Below, in pieces: positions 11,901 through 22,170 of a stretch of 64,000 nt of DNA. Every line of letters begins with the position of its first letter. Position 1 is the stretch's first letter. Location of the stretch: contig NC_086123.1 of NCBI RefSeq assembly GCF_963921235.1, forward strand, positions 3,968,001 through 4,032,000. Reading direction: 5' to 3'. The DNA comes from Mobula hypostoma (taxonomy: Eukaryota). Under the pieces are notes generated by a model. The model was not told the origin of the DNA. It did not search any database and saw nothing but the letters and a program-made list of their open reading frames with translations. The translations under genes and the position numbers were made by a program.

Positions 11901-14900
11901 ATAATAATTAAAAGTTTTTCTCCCAATTCCCCCCTCCCCATTACAACGAAAATACGTAACCTTAAGATAAGAAAGACCAGCAAAGAAAAAAAATGTTGAT
12001 ACTTAATCATTGAAAATAAACTAAGGGAATGCGAAAACAGTCTCCAAAGACGTCAGAGCAATACTATTAACCCAAAGAGTTATCATTCTTTAACTTACTA
12101 CCTTATTTAACAAAAGAACTAAAGCTAATTATCTATTACTAAACACTCCGCAATATAAGAAAAAAGCCTATATAAACTGTAAGCAAACTATCACTTAATT
12201 AATAAAGAAAAAGAAAAATAGAAACAGATAATCAAACCAGTTCACAATCTATCCGCTGTATTAATACACTCCGTATACTAAACAGTCTTTAAAAAAAAGT
12301 CATTCTTTAGTCAAACCAAGAAGATCACCTCTTCTTTAAGTAATATCAAAGGATATCTTCAGTTTACCGAAATCTTCAAAGCCTGTTTTCTTTCAGAAAA
12401 TTATTCAGAAACTCTAATATCCTTCATACATCAGCCGATTCCACAACAGAGTTGACAAAATCCGATGCCACTTGGGGATCCAAGAAGACACGAGGGGTAG
12501 AATCTTTAGGAAATAACTTTAATCTCGCTGGGTATCTCAGGGATGGAAAGAGTCTTTTTTCGTGAGCGATCTTCATGACCGATATGAATTTGATCCGTTG
12601 TTCCATAACTTCCCATGGATAATCTTCATAAAAAGGGATCTCGGAACTGTTAAATTTTAAAGCTTTCTGTTTTCTTGCACATTTTATGATTTGGTCTTTA
12701 ACTTTAAAGCGAAGAAAGTTGACTAAAATTGGTCGAGCTTTATCTGACGAAGTGAAAATTCTGTGAGCTCTTTCAATATCGGGAGGCTGAGATAGAATAT
12801 CCGGGAACAGGGATTGAAACAGGTTGGCAAAATATTCCAATAAATTCCCATTCTCGAAGCCTTCTTCAAGACCCACAATACGAATGTTATTCCTACGCAA
12901 CCTTACGTTTAAATGGACAATTTTGCGTTGAGCCTGTTCCAATCGGGTTGAAATGTCTGCAATCTGATGTTTCGATTCTTTAAACTCAGTATTCAAGGAA
13001 ACAATATTTTCCTCAATAGTCTGTAAACTCAGTCGGAACGACTTCAACTCAGAAGTGTTATTGTCTATTTCCTTGTCGAGACCCATCAACGCACGTTCCA
13101 AACGCTCAGCCCAGACAGGCATATCTTCTGATTTTACATTCGAAGTTTTTCCCTTTCCATTGCTGGGTTCAAAAAGCTGTTTTCCACTTCTTAAAGGATA
13201 CGACATAATGACCACTATTTCCCACCAAGATCCAGAAAATAAAAGTTGAATAATTCAAAGTTTAGACTGGGGAAAAGGAGGGATTAAAGGCAGCCACAAA
13301 ATTTATGTATTACTCCATTGAGCTGCAGGCGGAAGTCCCACAATAGGGTATTTTAACAGACTCCTGCATAGAAACATGGAGCTTAGTAAAATAGAGGGCT
13401 ATGGGTAACTCTAGGTAATATTTAAGGTAAGGACATGTTCTGCAGAGATTTATGGGCCGAGGGCCTGTATTGTGCTGTAGAGTTTCTATGTTTCTATGTT
13501 CTCTGTAGCTGCATCAATATGTAGTGACCTGGTTAAGTCCTCAGAGATATTGACACCCAGGCACTTGAAATTGCTCATTCTCTCCACTCCTGATAGATAC
13601 AGAAATAAACTGAATGGCAGTAATTACATATATGTTTATTAAATAGTTAAATTAAATACGTAGTACAAAAAAAGGAAATAAAAAAGTAATGGGGTAGTGT
13701 TCATAAGTTTAATGTCCATTTAGAAATCAGATGGCAGAGAGAAAGAAGCTGGTCTTGACGTGTGTGCCTTCAAGCTTCTGTACCTCCTTCCTGACGGTAA
13801 CAATGAGAAGAGGGCATGTACTGGGTGGTGAGGGTCCTTAATACTGGACAACTCCTTCCTGAGGCAGCTTATGGGACATAAAGGCTAAGCAATCCAAGGA
13901 AGACTATACACCTGAGAATTATCAGAGGCATAGATAAAATAAACAATCACAGCCCTTTTCCAAGGCAGGAAAGTCTAAAACTAGAGGTCGAGGTTTAACG
14001 TGGGAGTAGAAAAAGATTTAAAAGGAACAACTTGTTCACACAGAGGCTGCTGGGTATGTAGAAGGTGCAAAGGAGATGGGAACAATTACAATATTTCAAA
14101 GATAGTTGGAAAGCTTCAGAGGGATCTGGGCCAAGTGCAGGCAGATGGGATAGCATAGAAAGACAGTGGGTCAGCATGGATGAGTTGGGCCGAAGAGCCT
14201 GGCTCAGAGCTGCAAAACCTTTACGACTCTATGAACGTGAAAGATGGCTGAATTACACTCCTTATTTGAAGATGGTTATTGTCTGACACGTGTGTGTTGT
14301 CAATGTTACTCACCAGCTAGTGGTCAGGGCCCAGATATTGCTGGATCATATGCAGAGAGCAAATTATGAACTGAGCATTATTGATGAGTAAGTACTGTCT
14401 GGTAGCACTGACACCATCAAAAATCATTTGAAATAGTAGATTGAGTAAATATTTGGCTCTGAAAGCCTGCTGCACTATTTGTCAAGATATAGGTTTATCT
14501 TCTTGCTCAACAATTTTTCCTGACTTATTTCAATATTCCCAGATTCCTCCAATTTATCAAATTTAATCAGCTTCAGTTTTGAGTGATTTCATGACATCCA
14601 CAGCCCTCTGGCACAGGATCTTCCCCCAGTTTGAACCCTCAATGGTTTGCCCTTAATCTGCGCCAGTGACCCCTGATTCTATTTCCCATCAGTACAGGAA
14701 ACACCTTCTCCATATCTGTCCTGTGATCCCTGCTGTGGTTTCAAAATTCGCCCACAGAAAATGGATTCAGATGAATAAAAGGAGGAATATTTTTGCTTCA
14801 CTTCATCTCAGCATTTTACAGAATGCAATAGAAATGTTGTGACCAGTTTGTTTGCAGCAGGATCCCAATGGAGCCATGACCAGATAAAATATCTAAGCTG

Positions 14901-15631
14901 ATATTTGCAGGACTATTCTGATCACATTAAAAGAGGTTTCTCCCAAGCTCTTTTGTTACATACAATCTCCTCACCAGACAGATGAAAAATATGCTCAGTT
15001 TAACAGTCAGGAGAGAGAGAGATGGGTCACTTCTCCCTCAGGAGCACAGTGGAATATCACTCTTCCAGTTTGTGTTAATATCACTGCAGTGGGATTGAAA
15101 CCTCAGTCAGAGGCAAGATCCAAGGCTGCTGCTTGGGGCCACATCAGTGGTGAAGGGCTGGGGGTCACCAGGGACTTTTCTAGAATTCTAGATTCAGCTA
15201 TGATTGTGGTGTAGATCTTCACAGGATTTGTTATTCTGATGTCAATGCATGTCTGACATCAGTTTAAAAGCATCCATTGACTCTAGAACTGATGAGGTCA
15301 TCACAATGAAATTAAAAACCCAAATTACAATTAGTATTTTAAACGATTTACAGAACATTTATATAAAGATTAGAATGTTGCACATAATATATAGATGGAA
15401 GTTGAATTATCAAAATATATTAAAATTTAAAATTATCTTTCATTCTTTCATAATCCAAGGCAAATACTGTATCATTAATATAATGGATTATTTTGAATAT
15501 GCTTCCTTTCAGGTGGTAATTATCACTGCGCGAAGTTTATCTGTGAATGTGATCGAAAGGCGTCCATCTGCTTCTCGAAAGCAAAATACAACCCTAAGAA
15601 TAAAGGCATCAGTCAATCACGCTGCAAATAG
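2769..15631 (+). CDS. PLA2G1B: Group I secreted PLA2, copy A; native ATG and promoter deleted, in-frame TE-derived ATG at 2769 (chimeric gene or young pseudogene)
   Basis: Exon 1 remnant ends 2928|gt; exons 3025-3184, 4422-4546, 15513-15631 are open with intact splice sites. Mature protein [52 protein letters not shown]...[21 protein letters not shown]...ISQSRCK*. Confidence 0.75.
3025..3184 (+). CDS. PLA2G1B: PLA2 copy A exon 2
   Basis: 160 nt, Ca2+ loop YGCYCGPGG. Confidence 0.93.
4422..4546 (+). CDS. PLA2G1B: PLA2 copy A exon 3
   Basis: 125 nt, CCQTHDKCY. Confidence 0.93.
7951..10914 (-). mobile_element. Young 5'-truncated CR1 LINE nested in the L1
   Basis: 892-aa ORF2; TTCTATGTTTCT tail; TTTAAAG duplicated at 7944-7950 and 10915-10921. 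Confidence 0.95.
8124..10802 (-). CDS. CR1 ORF2 endonuclease/reverse transcriptase
   Basis: [27 protein letters not shown]; a single TGA shortly before the normal C-terminus. Confidence 0.9.
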   Translation of the reverse strand: MDELKVQIVINDYDIVGITETWLQGDQGWELNVQGYSIFRRDRHEGRGGGVALLVKEEINAIERKDISREDVESIWVELRNTKGQKTLVGVVYRPPNSSSEVGDGIKQEIRNVCNKGTAVIMGDFNLHVDWVNQIGKGAEEEDFLECMRDGFLNQHVEEPTREQAILDWVLSNEEGLISDLVVRGPLGKSDHNMVEFFINMESDIVNSETKVLNLKRGNFEGMRRELAKIDWQMTLKGLTMDMQWQTFKGCMDELQQLFIPVWQKNKSRKVVHPWLTREIRDSINSKEVAYKLAGESGSPEDWEKFRVQQRRTKGLIRKGKKDYERKLAGNIKKDCKSIYRYVKRKRLVKTNVGPLQTETGELIMGSKDMADQLNNYFGSVFTKEDVNNLPEIVRDRGSSEMEELSEIHVSREVVLGKLKGLKADKSPGPDGLHPRVLKEVAQEIVDALVIIFQNSLDSGLAPEDWRVANVTPLFKKGGREKPGNYRPVSLMSVVGKLLESVIKDVITAHLESSEMIGQSQHGFVKGKSCLTNLIEFFEDVTSRVDRGEPVDVVYLDFQKAFDKVPHGRLVCKLKAHGIGGKVLVWVENWLADRKQRVGINGTFSEWQAVTSGVPQGSVLGPQLFTIYINDLDEGIKCSISKFADDTKLGGSVSSEEDAKRMQGDLDRLGEWANSWQMQFNVDKCEVIHFGGKNRKTDYYLNGGRLGKGEVQRDLGVIIHQSLKVGMQVQQAVKNANGMLAFIARGFEYRSREVLLQLYKALVRPHLEYCVQFWSPNLRKDIFAIEGVQRRFTRLIPGMAGLSYEERLDELGLYSLEFRRLRGDLIETYKILKGLDRLDAGRLFPMLGKSRTRGHSLRIEGKPFRTEIRKNFFTQRVVNLWNSLPQETVEAS
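12424..13215 (-). CDS. L1 ORF1 protein (263 aa, open)
   Basis: Coiled coil followed by L1 ORF1 motifs [10 protein letters not shown] and IERAHR. Confidence 0.8.
   Translation of the reverse strand: MVIMSYPLRSGKQLFEPSNGKGKTSNVKSEDMPVWAERLERALMGLDKEIDNNTSELKSFRLSLQTIEENIVSLNTEFKESKHQIADISTRLEQAQRKIVHLNVRLRRNNIRIVGLEEGFENGNLLEYFANLFQSLFPDILSQPPDIERAHRIFTSSDKARPILVNFLRFKVKDQIIKCARKQKALKFNSSEIPFYEDYPWEVMEQRIKFISVMKIAHEKRLFPSLRYPARLKLFPKDSTPRVFLDPQVASDFVNSVVESADV
15513..15631 (+). CDS. PLA2G1B: PLA2 copy A exon 4
   Basis: 119 nt, [16 protein letters not shown], ends TAG. Confidence 0.92.
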
Positions 15632-15962
15632 GAGGTCGATCTGACCATGTGGTTATGATTTTTCTTGACTTTATCTAACAAATACTTTCCTTCCAAATTG
15701 TGTCATCTGTTTTATTTCCAGGAACTCAAACATCTTTGAACTCCATATTAACTATGATACTATAATCAATAATCTGATTTAAATCCAACACCCCTTATCC
15801 TGTCTTACATTATTTGTGCCACTCAGAAAGATAAAGATCTTCATCACTTTGATCTTTCTCCCAATGAAAGCACATACTGGTTACTTTCTAAACCAAAATC
15901 TGAAAGTATCATGTCAAATTTGCCGATATTTTCACTAAAACAAATCCCATTGAACAACCATG

Positions 15963-15968
15963 AATAAA
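15963..15968 (+). terminator. Candidate poly(A) signal, PLA2 copy A
   Basis: AATAAA about 330 nt after the stop, shared with copy B. Confidence 0.45.
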
Positions 15969-17321
15969 TTGAATTGGGATGATAATCATTCCCTCAGCCC
16001 AGGCTTTCCTTAAAGCCTCAGCTGTGGAACCTGAGGAAAAATCTGTTCACATCAAGGTGATGCAAACTTTGCGATGGCCCACAACAGATGCTCAGTTGGT
16101 TCCTTACAGGACGCCTAAACACAATAATGATTGGAAGCTGCACTTGGAAATCCAGTTGTGATTATACTCGGAGATTGTTTGCAATGACGTTGCTGGTGCC
16201 ACTCATAATATTAAGGTGGTGGGCATGTATCTTCTATAATCAATTAAACCTGATTTGAGAGCATTGAAACATGCCTGGCGTCTCATTCTTGTATCACAAC
16301 ACATGTACCACAATGAGGAAAACCAGTCAAAGGACAGGAAGCACAGGCTGGGACTTCTCCTGGAGTGTTTCCATCCCACAGGAACAACTCAGACAAAACC
16401 TTCACCTATTCCATTACCACCCCTCCCCACTCTGCACCACCCATGTGCTTATAAACAAGTAGACCACCAAATGAATTTCCAACACTGAATCAGAAGTAAG
16501 ACGGCAGTGATCACATTAATGAGGTTGTACTACAGGGTCAGAATCAGAATCAGGTTAACATCACCGGCATATGTCATAACTTTACGTCAGCAGTACAATG
16601 CCATACATGATAAATAAATATAGAGAATTAACCTGAGTGGCATTTGGTATCTATATGTCTGTTAAATAGTTAAGGTAAAACAAGTAGTACAAAATACTGT
16701 AACAGAAATAACAAAGTAGTGAGTTAGTGTTCATGGGTTCAATGTCCATTGAGGAATCGGATGGCAGAGGGGAAGAAGCTGTTCCTGAATCGCTGAGTGT
16801 GTGCCTTCAGGCTTCTGTATCTCCTTCCCGACAGTAACAGCATGAAGAGGGCATGTCCTGGGTGGTGGGCATCCTCAATGGTGGATGCTGCCTTCTCTCA
16901 AACTAGCGGGCACAGAATTAAGACAAGAGGGGAAAGCGTTAAAGGGGACCTTAGACGCCCCTCAGCAAATGGGGAAAATTGGAAGTGGTCAGGCTGTTTA
17001 ACGCAATGAGTCTGGTGTCTGCCCCATTGGAGTAGGTCAAACATCAACATCTTTCCAAATTCCAGGCAGGGTGCCCTGTTCTGAAGTCAGTTCACCATTC
17101 CCAAATTCCCATGAAGCAATTATCAGGTATTGCATTGCAAAGTTAACAAATTTCACGACATAGGCCAGTGATATTAAACCTGATTCTGGTTGTGAAGCAT
17201 CTGATGCCTGTCACCTGGTACTTTCATGGAAGAGAACAGAAGTAGGTGACTTCGAGAGCTTGTGCAAGGATTCACTCCTGTTTTAGCTTCTGACTGCTGT
17301 GGAATTGATGGTTACAAATAG

Positions 17322-17470
17322 NNNNNNNNNNNNNNNNNNNNNNNNNNNNNNNNNNNNNNNNNNNNNNNNNNNNNNNNNNNNNNNNNNNNNNNNNNNNNNN
17401 NNNNNNNNNNNNNNNNNNNNNNNNNNNNNNNNNNNNNNNNNNNNNNNNNNNNNNNNNNNNNNNNNNNNNN
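17322..17470. other. Assembly gap (149 N)
   Basis: Run of N. Confidence 1.
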
Positions 17471-17559
17471 AAGAAGGGAAGGAAAGGGTGAGGGAGAGAG
17501 ATACAGATAGAGAGATGAGAGAAAAGAGAAAAATAGACAGCAGGTATTCAAGGGTTATT

Positions 17560-20500
17560 TCTTCAGCGGTTTGATCAGGGAATGACTGCGTAGGCGCGTG
17601 GACATCAGCCAGTGAGAATATTGAAATAGTTTAAAAGGAGACAGCTTTACAGAGCGTGTGACAGAGTGGACGGAGACAGAGTAGGAAGGCTTTGGCTCAA
17701 CAGGGCTTTGGCAATAATGGGTCAAGGCAATGTAGGTTGCCTGTATTGAATACAGACGGGAAGAATGTGTGTGAGGCCGGTGTTCTCTGTTTGGTGTCAG
17801 ATGTGGGAAGTCCAGGAGACTCCCAGCCTCCCAGACGGCCACATCTGTGCCAGGTGCATCGAACTGCAGCTCCTTAGGGACTGCCTTAGGGAACTGGAGA
17901 TGTAGCTCGATGACCTACGTCTGGTCAGGGAGAATGAGGTGATACAGAGGAGCAATAGGTAGGTAGTCACACCAGAGCCTCAAGTGACAGATAAGAAGGT
18001 AACAGTCAGGAGAGGGAAGGGCAGGAGTCAGAGGCTAGAGAGTACCCCTGTGGCTGTACCCCTTGACAATAACTACTCCTGTTTAAGTACTGTTGGTGGG
18101 GACAGCCGACCTGGAGGAATCAACAGTGGCCATGCCTCTGGCACAGAGTCTGACCCTGTGGCTCAGAAGGGTAGGGAAAGGAAGAGGATAGCAGCAGTGA
18201 TAGGGAACTCTATAGTTAGGGGGTCAGACAGGCGCTTCTGTGGATGCAGCAAAGAAGCACAGATGGTAGTTTGCCTCCCAGGTGCCAGGGTCTGAGATGT
18301 TCCTGATCGCATCCACGAAATCCTGAAGTGGGAAGGTGAACAGCCAGAAATCGTGGTACATATTGGTACCAATGACATAGGCAGGAAAAGGGAGGAGGTC
18401 CTGAAAGCAGACTACAGGGAGTTAGGAAGGGATTTGAGAAGTAGGACCACAAAGGTAGTAATCTCGGGATTACTGTCTGTGCCACGTGACAATATTCTGG
18501 CGGGGAGGTTTGCTAAGGCTATTGGTGGGAGTTTAAACTAGTATTGCTGGGGGCGTGGGAACCAAACTGAAGAGCTGGAGGAAGAGGTGGCTGGCTCACA
18601 AATAGAGAAAGCTCGGAGACAGTGTGAGAGGGATGACAGGCAGGAAGACAGAGAATGGACGCAATCAGATGGACGGTTTGAGATGTTTCTATTTTAATGC
18701 AAGGAGTATTATGAACAAAGTGGATAAGTTTAGAGTGTGGATCAGTACTTGGAGCTATGATGTTGTGGCTGTAACAGAGAATTGGATGGTGCAGGGGCAG
18801 GAATGGATACTTCAAGTGCCAGGCTTTAGATGTTTCTGAAAGGACAGGGAGGGAGGCAAAAGAAGTGTGGTATTGTTGATCAGAGATAGTGTCCCCGCTG
18901 CAGAAAAGGAGGAAGACATGGAGGGATTGTCTACGAGTCTCTGTGGTGGAAGTTACTAACAGGAAGAGGTTAATAACTCTACTGGGTATTTTTTATAGAC
19001 CACCCAATAGTAAAACAGAAATCGCAGAGCAGATATGGAGACAGATTCTGGAAAAGTGTAATAACAGGTGTGACGAGAATACACATAAAATTAAGATGTT
19101 TGCTGGCCTAGGTTAGCATCAGTGACATCAGCAAGTGGTCTGCCACCTGCCCTCAGGGGAAGGAGAGATAAGGAACAATGGAGCAGCGTCTGGAGATGTG
19201 TAATGAAGGGACGGGGGTGAGAGAGCTGTCTGGAGCGGCTCCCCCCTTTGAACCTTGAACTGTTTGAAGTGATGGACAGGCGATACCCCAGCAGGGGGAT
19301 AAAAAGGGACCGGTTCGCTAAGGCAGCACACACGCCACCCGAGGTAACAAGACCCTGGAAGCGGTACGCTTCTCACGAGTCGGTGGGAAGTACCAGACAA
19401 CGGCCAGGGTGGAAAGGTACGATCAGCGGGAACCCGGTGTGTGTCGGCCCTTGCCTGGGTGCCGGGTTCACTGCAGAGGATCGACCGCATCTGGAGGAGG
19501 GGTCACAGTCGGTGACCTCAGGTGACATCACCAAGGACCCGCCCAAAAGCTGCTTGTGAGCCATATCGCCGGTCTGTGAGTGAAGCCGTGTCTGAATGAT
19601 CAGTTGTTCCTGTTCCCTCTCTCTCTCTCCCCCCACGTTGTCCATCGCCATGGCAACGATTACTGCGAACTGAACTACTAAACTGGACTGAACTTTGAGT
19701 CACTTTGAAATTTGGTCATTTACCCCTAGACAACAATAGAGCTTGATTGATGCTGTTATCTTAATTCTGTGCACATGTGTGTTTATCATTGCTGAACTGT
19801 TGCATTTATTATCCTTTCGATTACTGTGTTGCTCGTTTCTTTAATAAAACTTTCTTAGTTCTAGTAATCCAGACTCCAACTGAGTGATCAATTTCTGCTG
19901 GTTTGGCAACCCAGTTACGGGGTACGTAACACAGGGTTGTCGAGGTCAGAGATTTTAATTTCCCAAATATCAATTGGCATGTCCCTAGAGCGAGGGGTTT
20001 AGATAGGGTGGAGTTTGTTTGGTGTATTCAAGAAGTTTTCTTGACACAATATGTAGATAAGCCTACGAGAGGCGAGGCTGTACTTAATCTGCATTGGGAA
20101 ATGAACCTGGTCAAGTGTCAGATCTCTCAGTGGGAGAGCATTTTGGAGATAGTGATCACAATTCTATCTCCTTTACCATAGCATTGGAGAGGGATAGGAC
20201 AGACAAGTTAGGAAAGTTTTTAATTGGAGTAAGAGGAAATATGAGGCCATCAGATAGGAACTTGGAAGCGTTAATTGGGAACTGATGTTCTCAGGGAAAT
20301 GTACGGAAGAAATATGGCAAATGTTCAGGGGATATTTGCGTGGAGTTGTGCATAGGTACGTTCCAATGAGATAGGGAAAGGATGGTAGGGTACAAGAACC
20401 GTGGTGTACAAAGGCTGTTGTAAATCTACTCAAGAAGAAAAGAAGAGCTTATGAAAGGTTCAAAAAACTAGGTAATGATAGAGATGTAGAAGATTATAAG

Positions 20501-21045
20501 TCAAGCAGGAAGCAGCTTAAAAATGAAATTAGGAGAGCCAGAAGGTGCCATGAGAAAGCCATAGAGGAGAGGATTAAGGAAAACCCCAGTGGAAAAGTGT
20601 GTATGGAACTGGAGGAGATAGCAGAGGTACTTGATGAGTACTTTGCTTCAGTATTCACTGCAGAAAAGGATCTTGGTGATTATAGGGAAGACTTACAGTG
20701 GACTGAAAAGCTTGAGCATGTAAACATTAAGAGAGAGGATGTACTGGAGCTTTTTGAAAGCATCAAGTTGGATAAGTCACTGGGACCAGACAAGATATGC
20801 CCCAGGATACTCTGGGAGGTGAGTGAGGAGATTGATGAGCCTCTGGCAATGATCTTTGCATCATCAATGGGGACGGGAGAGGTTCTGGAGGATTGGAGGG
20901 TTGCAGATGTTGTTCCATTATTCAAGAAAGGGAGTAGAGATAGCCCAGGAAATTATAGAACAGTGAGTCTCACTTCAGTGGTTGGTAAGTCAATAGAGAA
21001 GATCCTGAGAGGCAGGATTTATGAACATGTGGAGGGGCATAATAG
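17560..21045 (+). mobile_element. Degenerate CR1 LINE with ORF1 and partial ORF2
   Basis: Esterase-like ORF1 motifs IGNSIVRG, CLPGA, VHIGTND; ORF2 FNARSI and PGNYRTVSLTSVVGK; many stops; split by a solo LTR. Confidence 0.88.
19069..19931 (+). mobile_element. Solo LTR (863 bp)
   Basis: TGTGACG...CGTAACA termini, 4-bp TSD CAGG (19065-19068 and 19932-19935), AATAAA near the 3' end; CR1 sequence resumes across it. Confidence 0.9.
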
Positions 21046-21938
21046 TGGATAGTGTGGTGTGTGTGTGTTTGAGTGTGTGTATGTTTGTGTGTGTGTGTTT
21101 GTGTGTTTGTAGGACAGTGTCTCTGTGTTCATGACTGTCTGCATTTGTGTCTTTGTGTGCATGTGTGAGAGTATGTTCTTTACGAGTGTGTGTGACTGAT
21201 CAAAATAGGATTACAGCTGGTCTGACTGATTGACACATAGACACTGAATACAGAGCAAGACGGTGATGTGTTGGAATTGTCACGACACGAACTCTCGATA
21301 ATTGGTATCACAATATGGCGAGGATGTGGTGACATCTCTGAAAATGAGACGAGTCACTGTGGGACTTGCCCTGTGAGTTGCATGAGGAGGTTTCAGAACC
21401 AGAGATTGGAAAATGATAAAACATGAAGACCATTGAGTTTTGTTTGATTTGGGGTGTCTGGATGTGTCTGCAGGATTAATAACCTCCAGCATTCCTACAG
21501 ATTTCAGACGTTAAGATATGTGTCTGAGCCACAGCCATTTTGCATTCTTCTTTTTCTTTGACGACCTTGTTTCAATTCACTGAAAAGTTAAGCTTTTAAC
21601 AGTCTTCCATCATGTAGAATGATTCCTGGTGTAAAGCACCTGCATGTCTTTTGACCTTCTCCCCACATCATAAGAACAATATTTTTTTTAGTCAGTTATC
21701 TATACTAATCAATTCAGAGGAATTGATCTGAATTCCATTCCAGTCACGCACAGCTCCATATAAACAGTTCCCCATACATACTGGATATGAATACAATGCA
21801 AATCCCTAATTCTGCTGAAGAAGATCTAGAATCTCATTCCATGCAAATGCACACACCTGCTCATCTTTATCTCACCGAACATGAATGAATAGTTCTGACC
21901 AATAACAATCGGAATTTGTACTAAAACAACCAAAGTTG

Positions 21939-22170
21939 AAGCAACATACATCAAAGTTGCTGGTGAACGCAGCAGGCCAAGCAGCATCTATAGGAAGAGG
22001 CGCAGTCGACGTTTCAGGCCGAGACCCTTCGTCAGGACTAACTGACGAAGGGTCTCGGCCTGAAACATCGACTGCGCCTCTTCCTATAGATGCTGCTTGG
22101 CCTGCTGCGTTCACCAGCAACTTTCATGTATGTTGCTTGAATTTCCAGCATCTGCAGAATTCCTGTTGTT
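21939..22170. mobile_element. Penelope-like pseudo-LTR palindrome
   Basis: 97-bp inverted arms 21939-22035 and 22042-22138 with 2 mismatches and a 6-nt spacer; AAAGTTGAAGCA repeated at 21932 and 22171. Confidence 0.85.
22003..22040 (-). ncRNA. Minimal type I hammerhead ribozyme motif
   Basis: UAGUC-CUGACGA-AGGGUCUCGGCCU-GAAACGUC-GACUG: stem I, conserved core, stem II, palindromic ACGU stem III, GUC cleavage site. Confidence 0.75.

Larger units (their letters stand above)
5640..13339 (-). mobile_element. L1/Tx1-clade LINE in PLA2 copy A intron 3, ORF2 frameshifted and interrupted by a CR1
   Basis: ORF1 at 12424-13215 ([13 protein letters not shown]); endonuclease (YSRIDYF, SDHAPL) at 10915-11580; RT ([17 protein letters not shown]) at 5783-7950; 5' end GGGACTTCCG. 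Confidence 0.92.
1..16454 (+). repeat. Segmental duplication unit A (left end lies outside the window)
   Basis: Position 1 aligns to 24324; homology ends at CCATGTGCTTATAA (16454 / 33610). Confidence 0.93.

Noticed and set aside
12424-13215. Domesticated L1 ORF1 (open in both copies)
   Set aside because: About 16 amino-acid differences between copies, consistent with neutral drift over a short time.
15249-15644. 131-aa ORF (111 aa at 32464-32799)
   Set aside because: Off-frame reading across intron 3 and PLA2 exon 4.
22042-22075. Second functional hammerhead on the plus strand
   Set aside because: The 5' strand of stem I is missing and the ACGU palindrome is mutated to ACAU.
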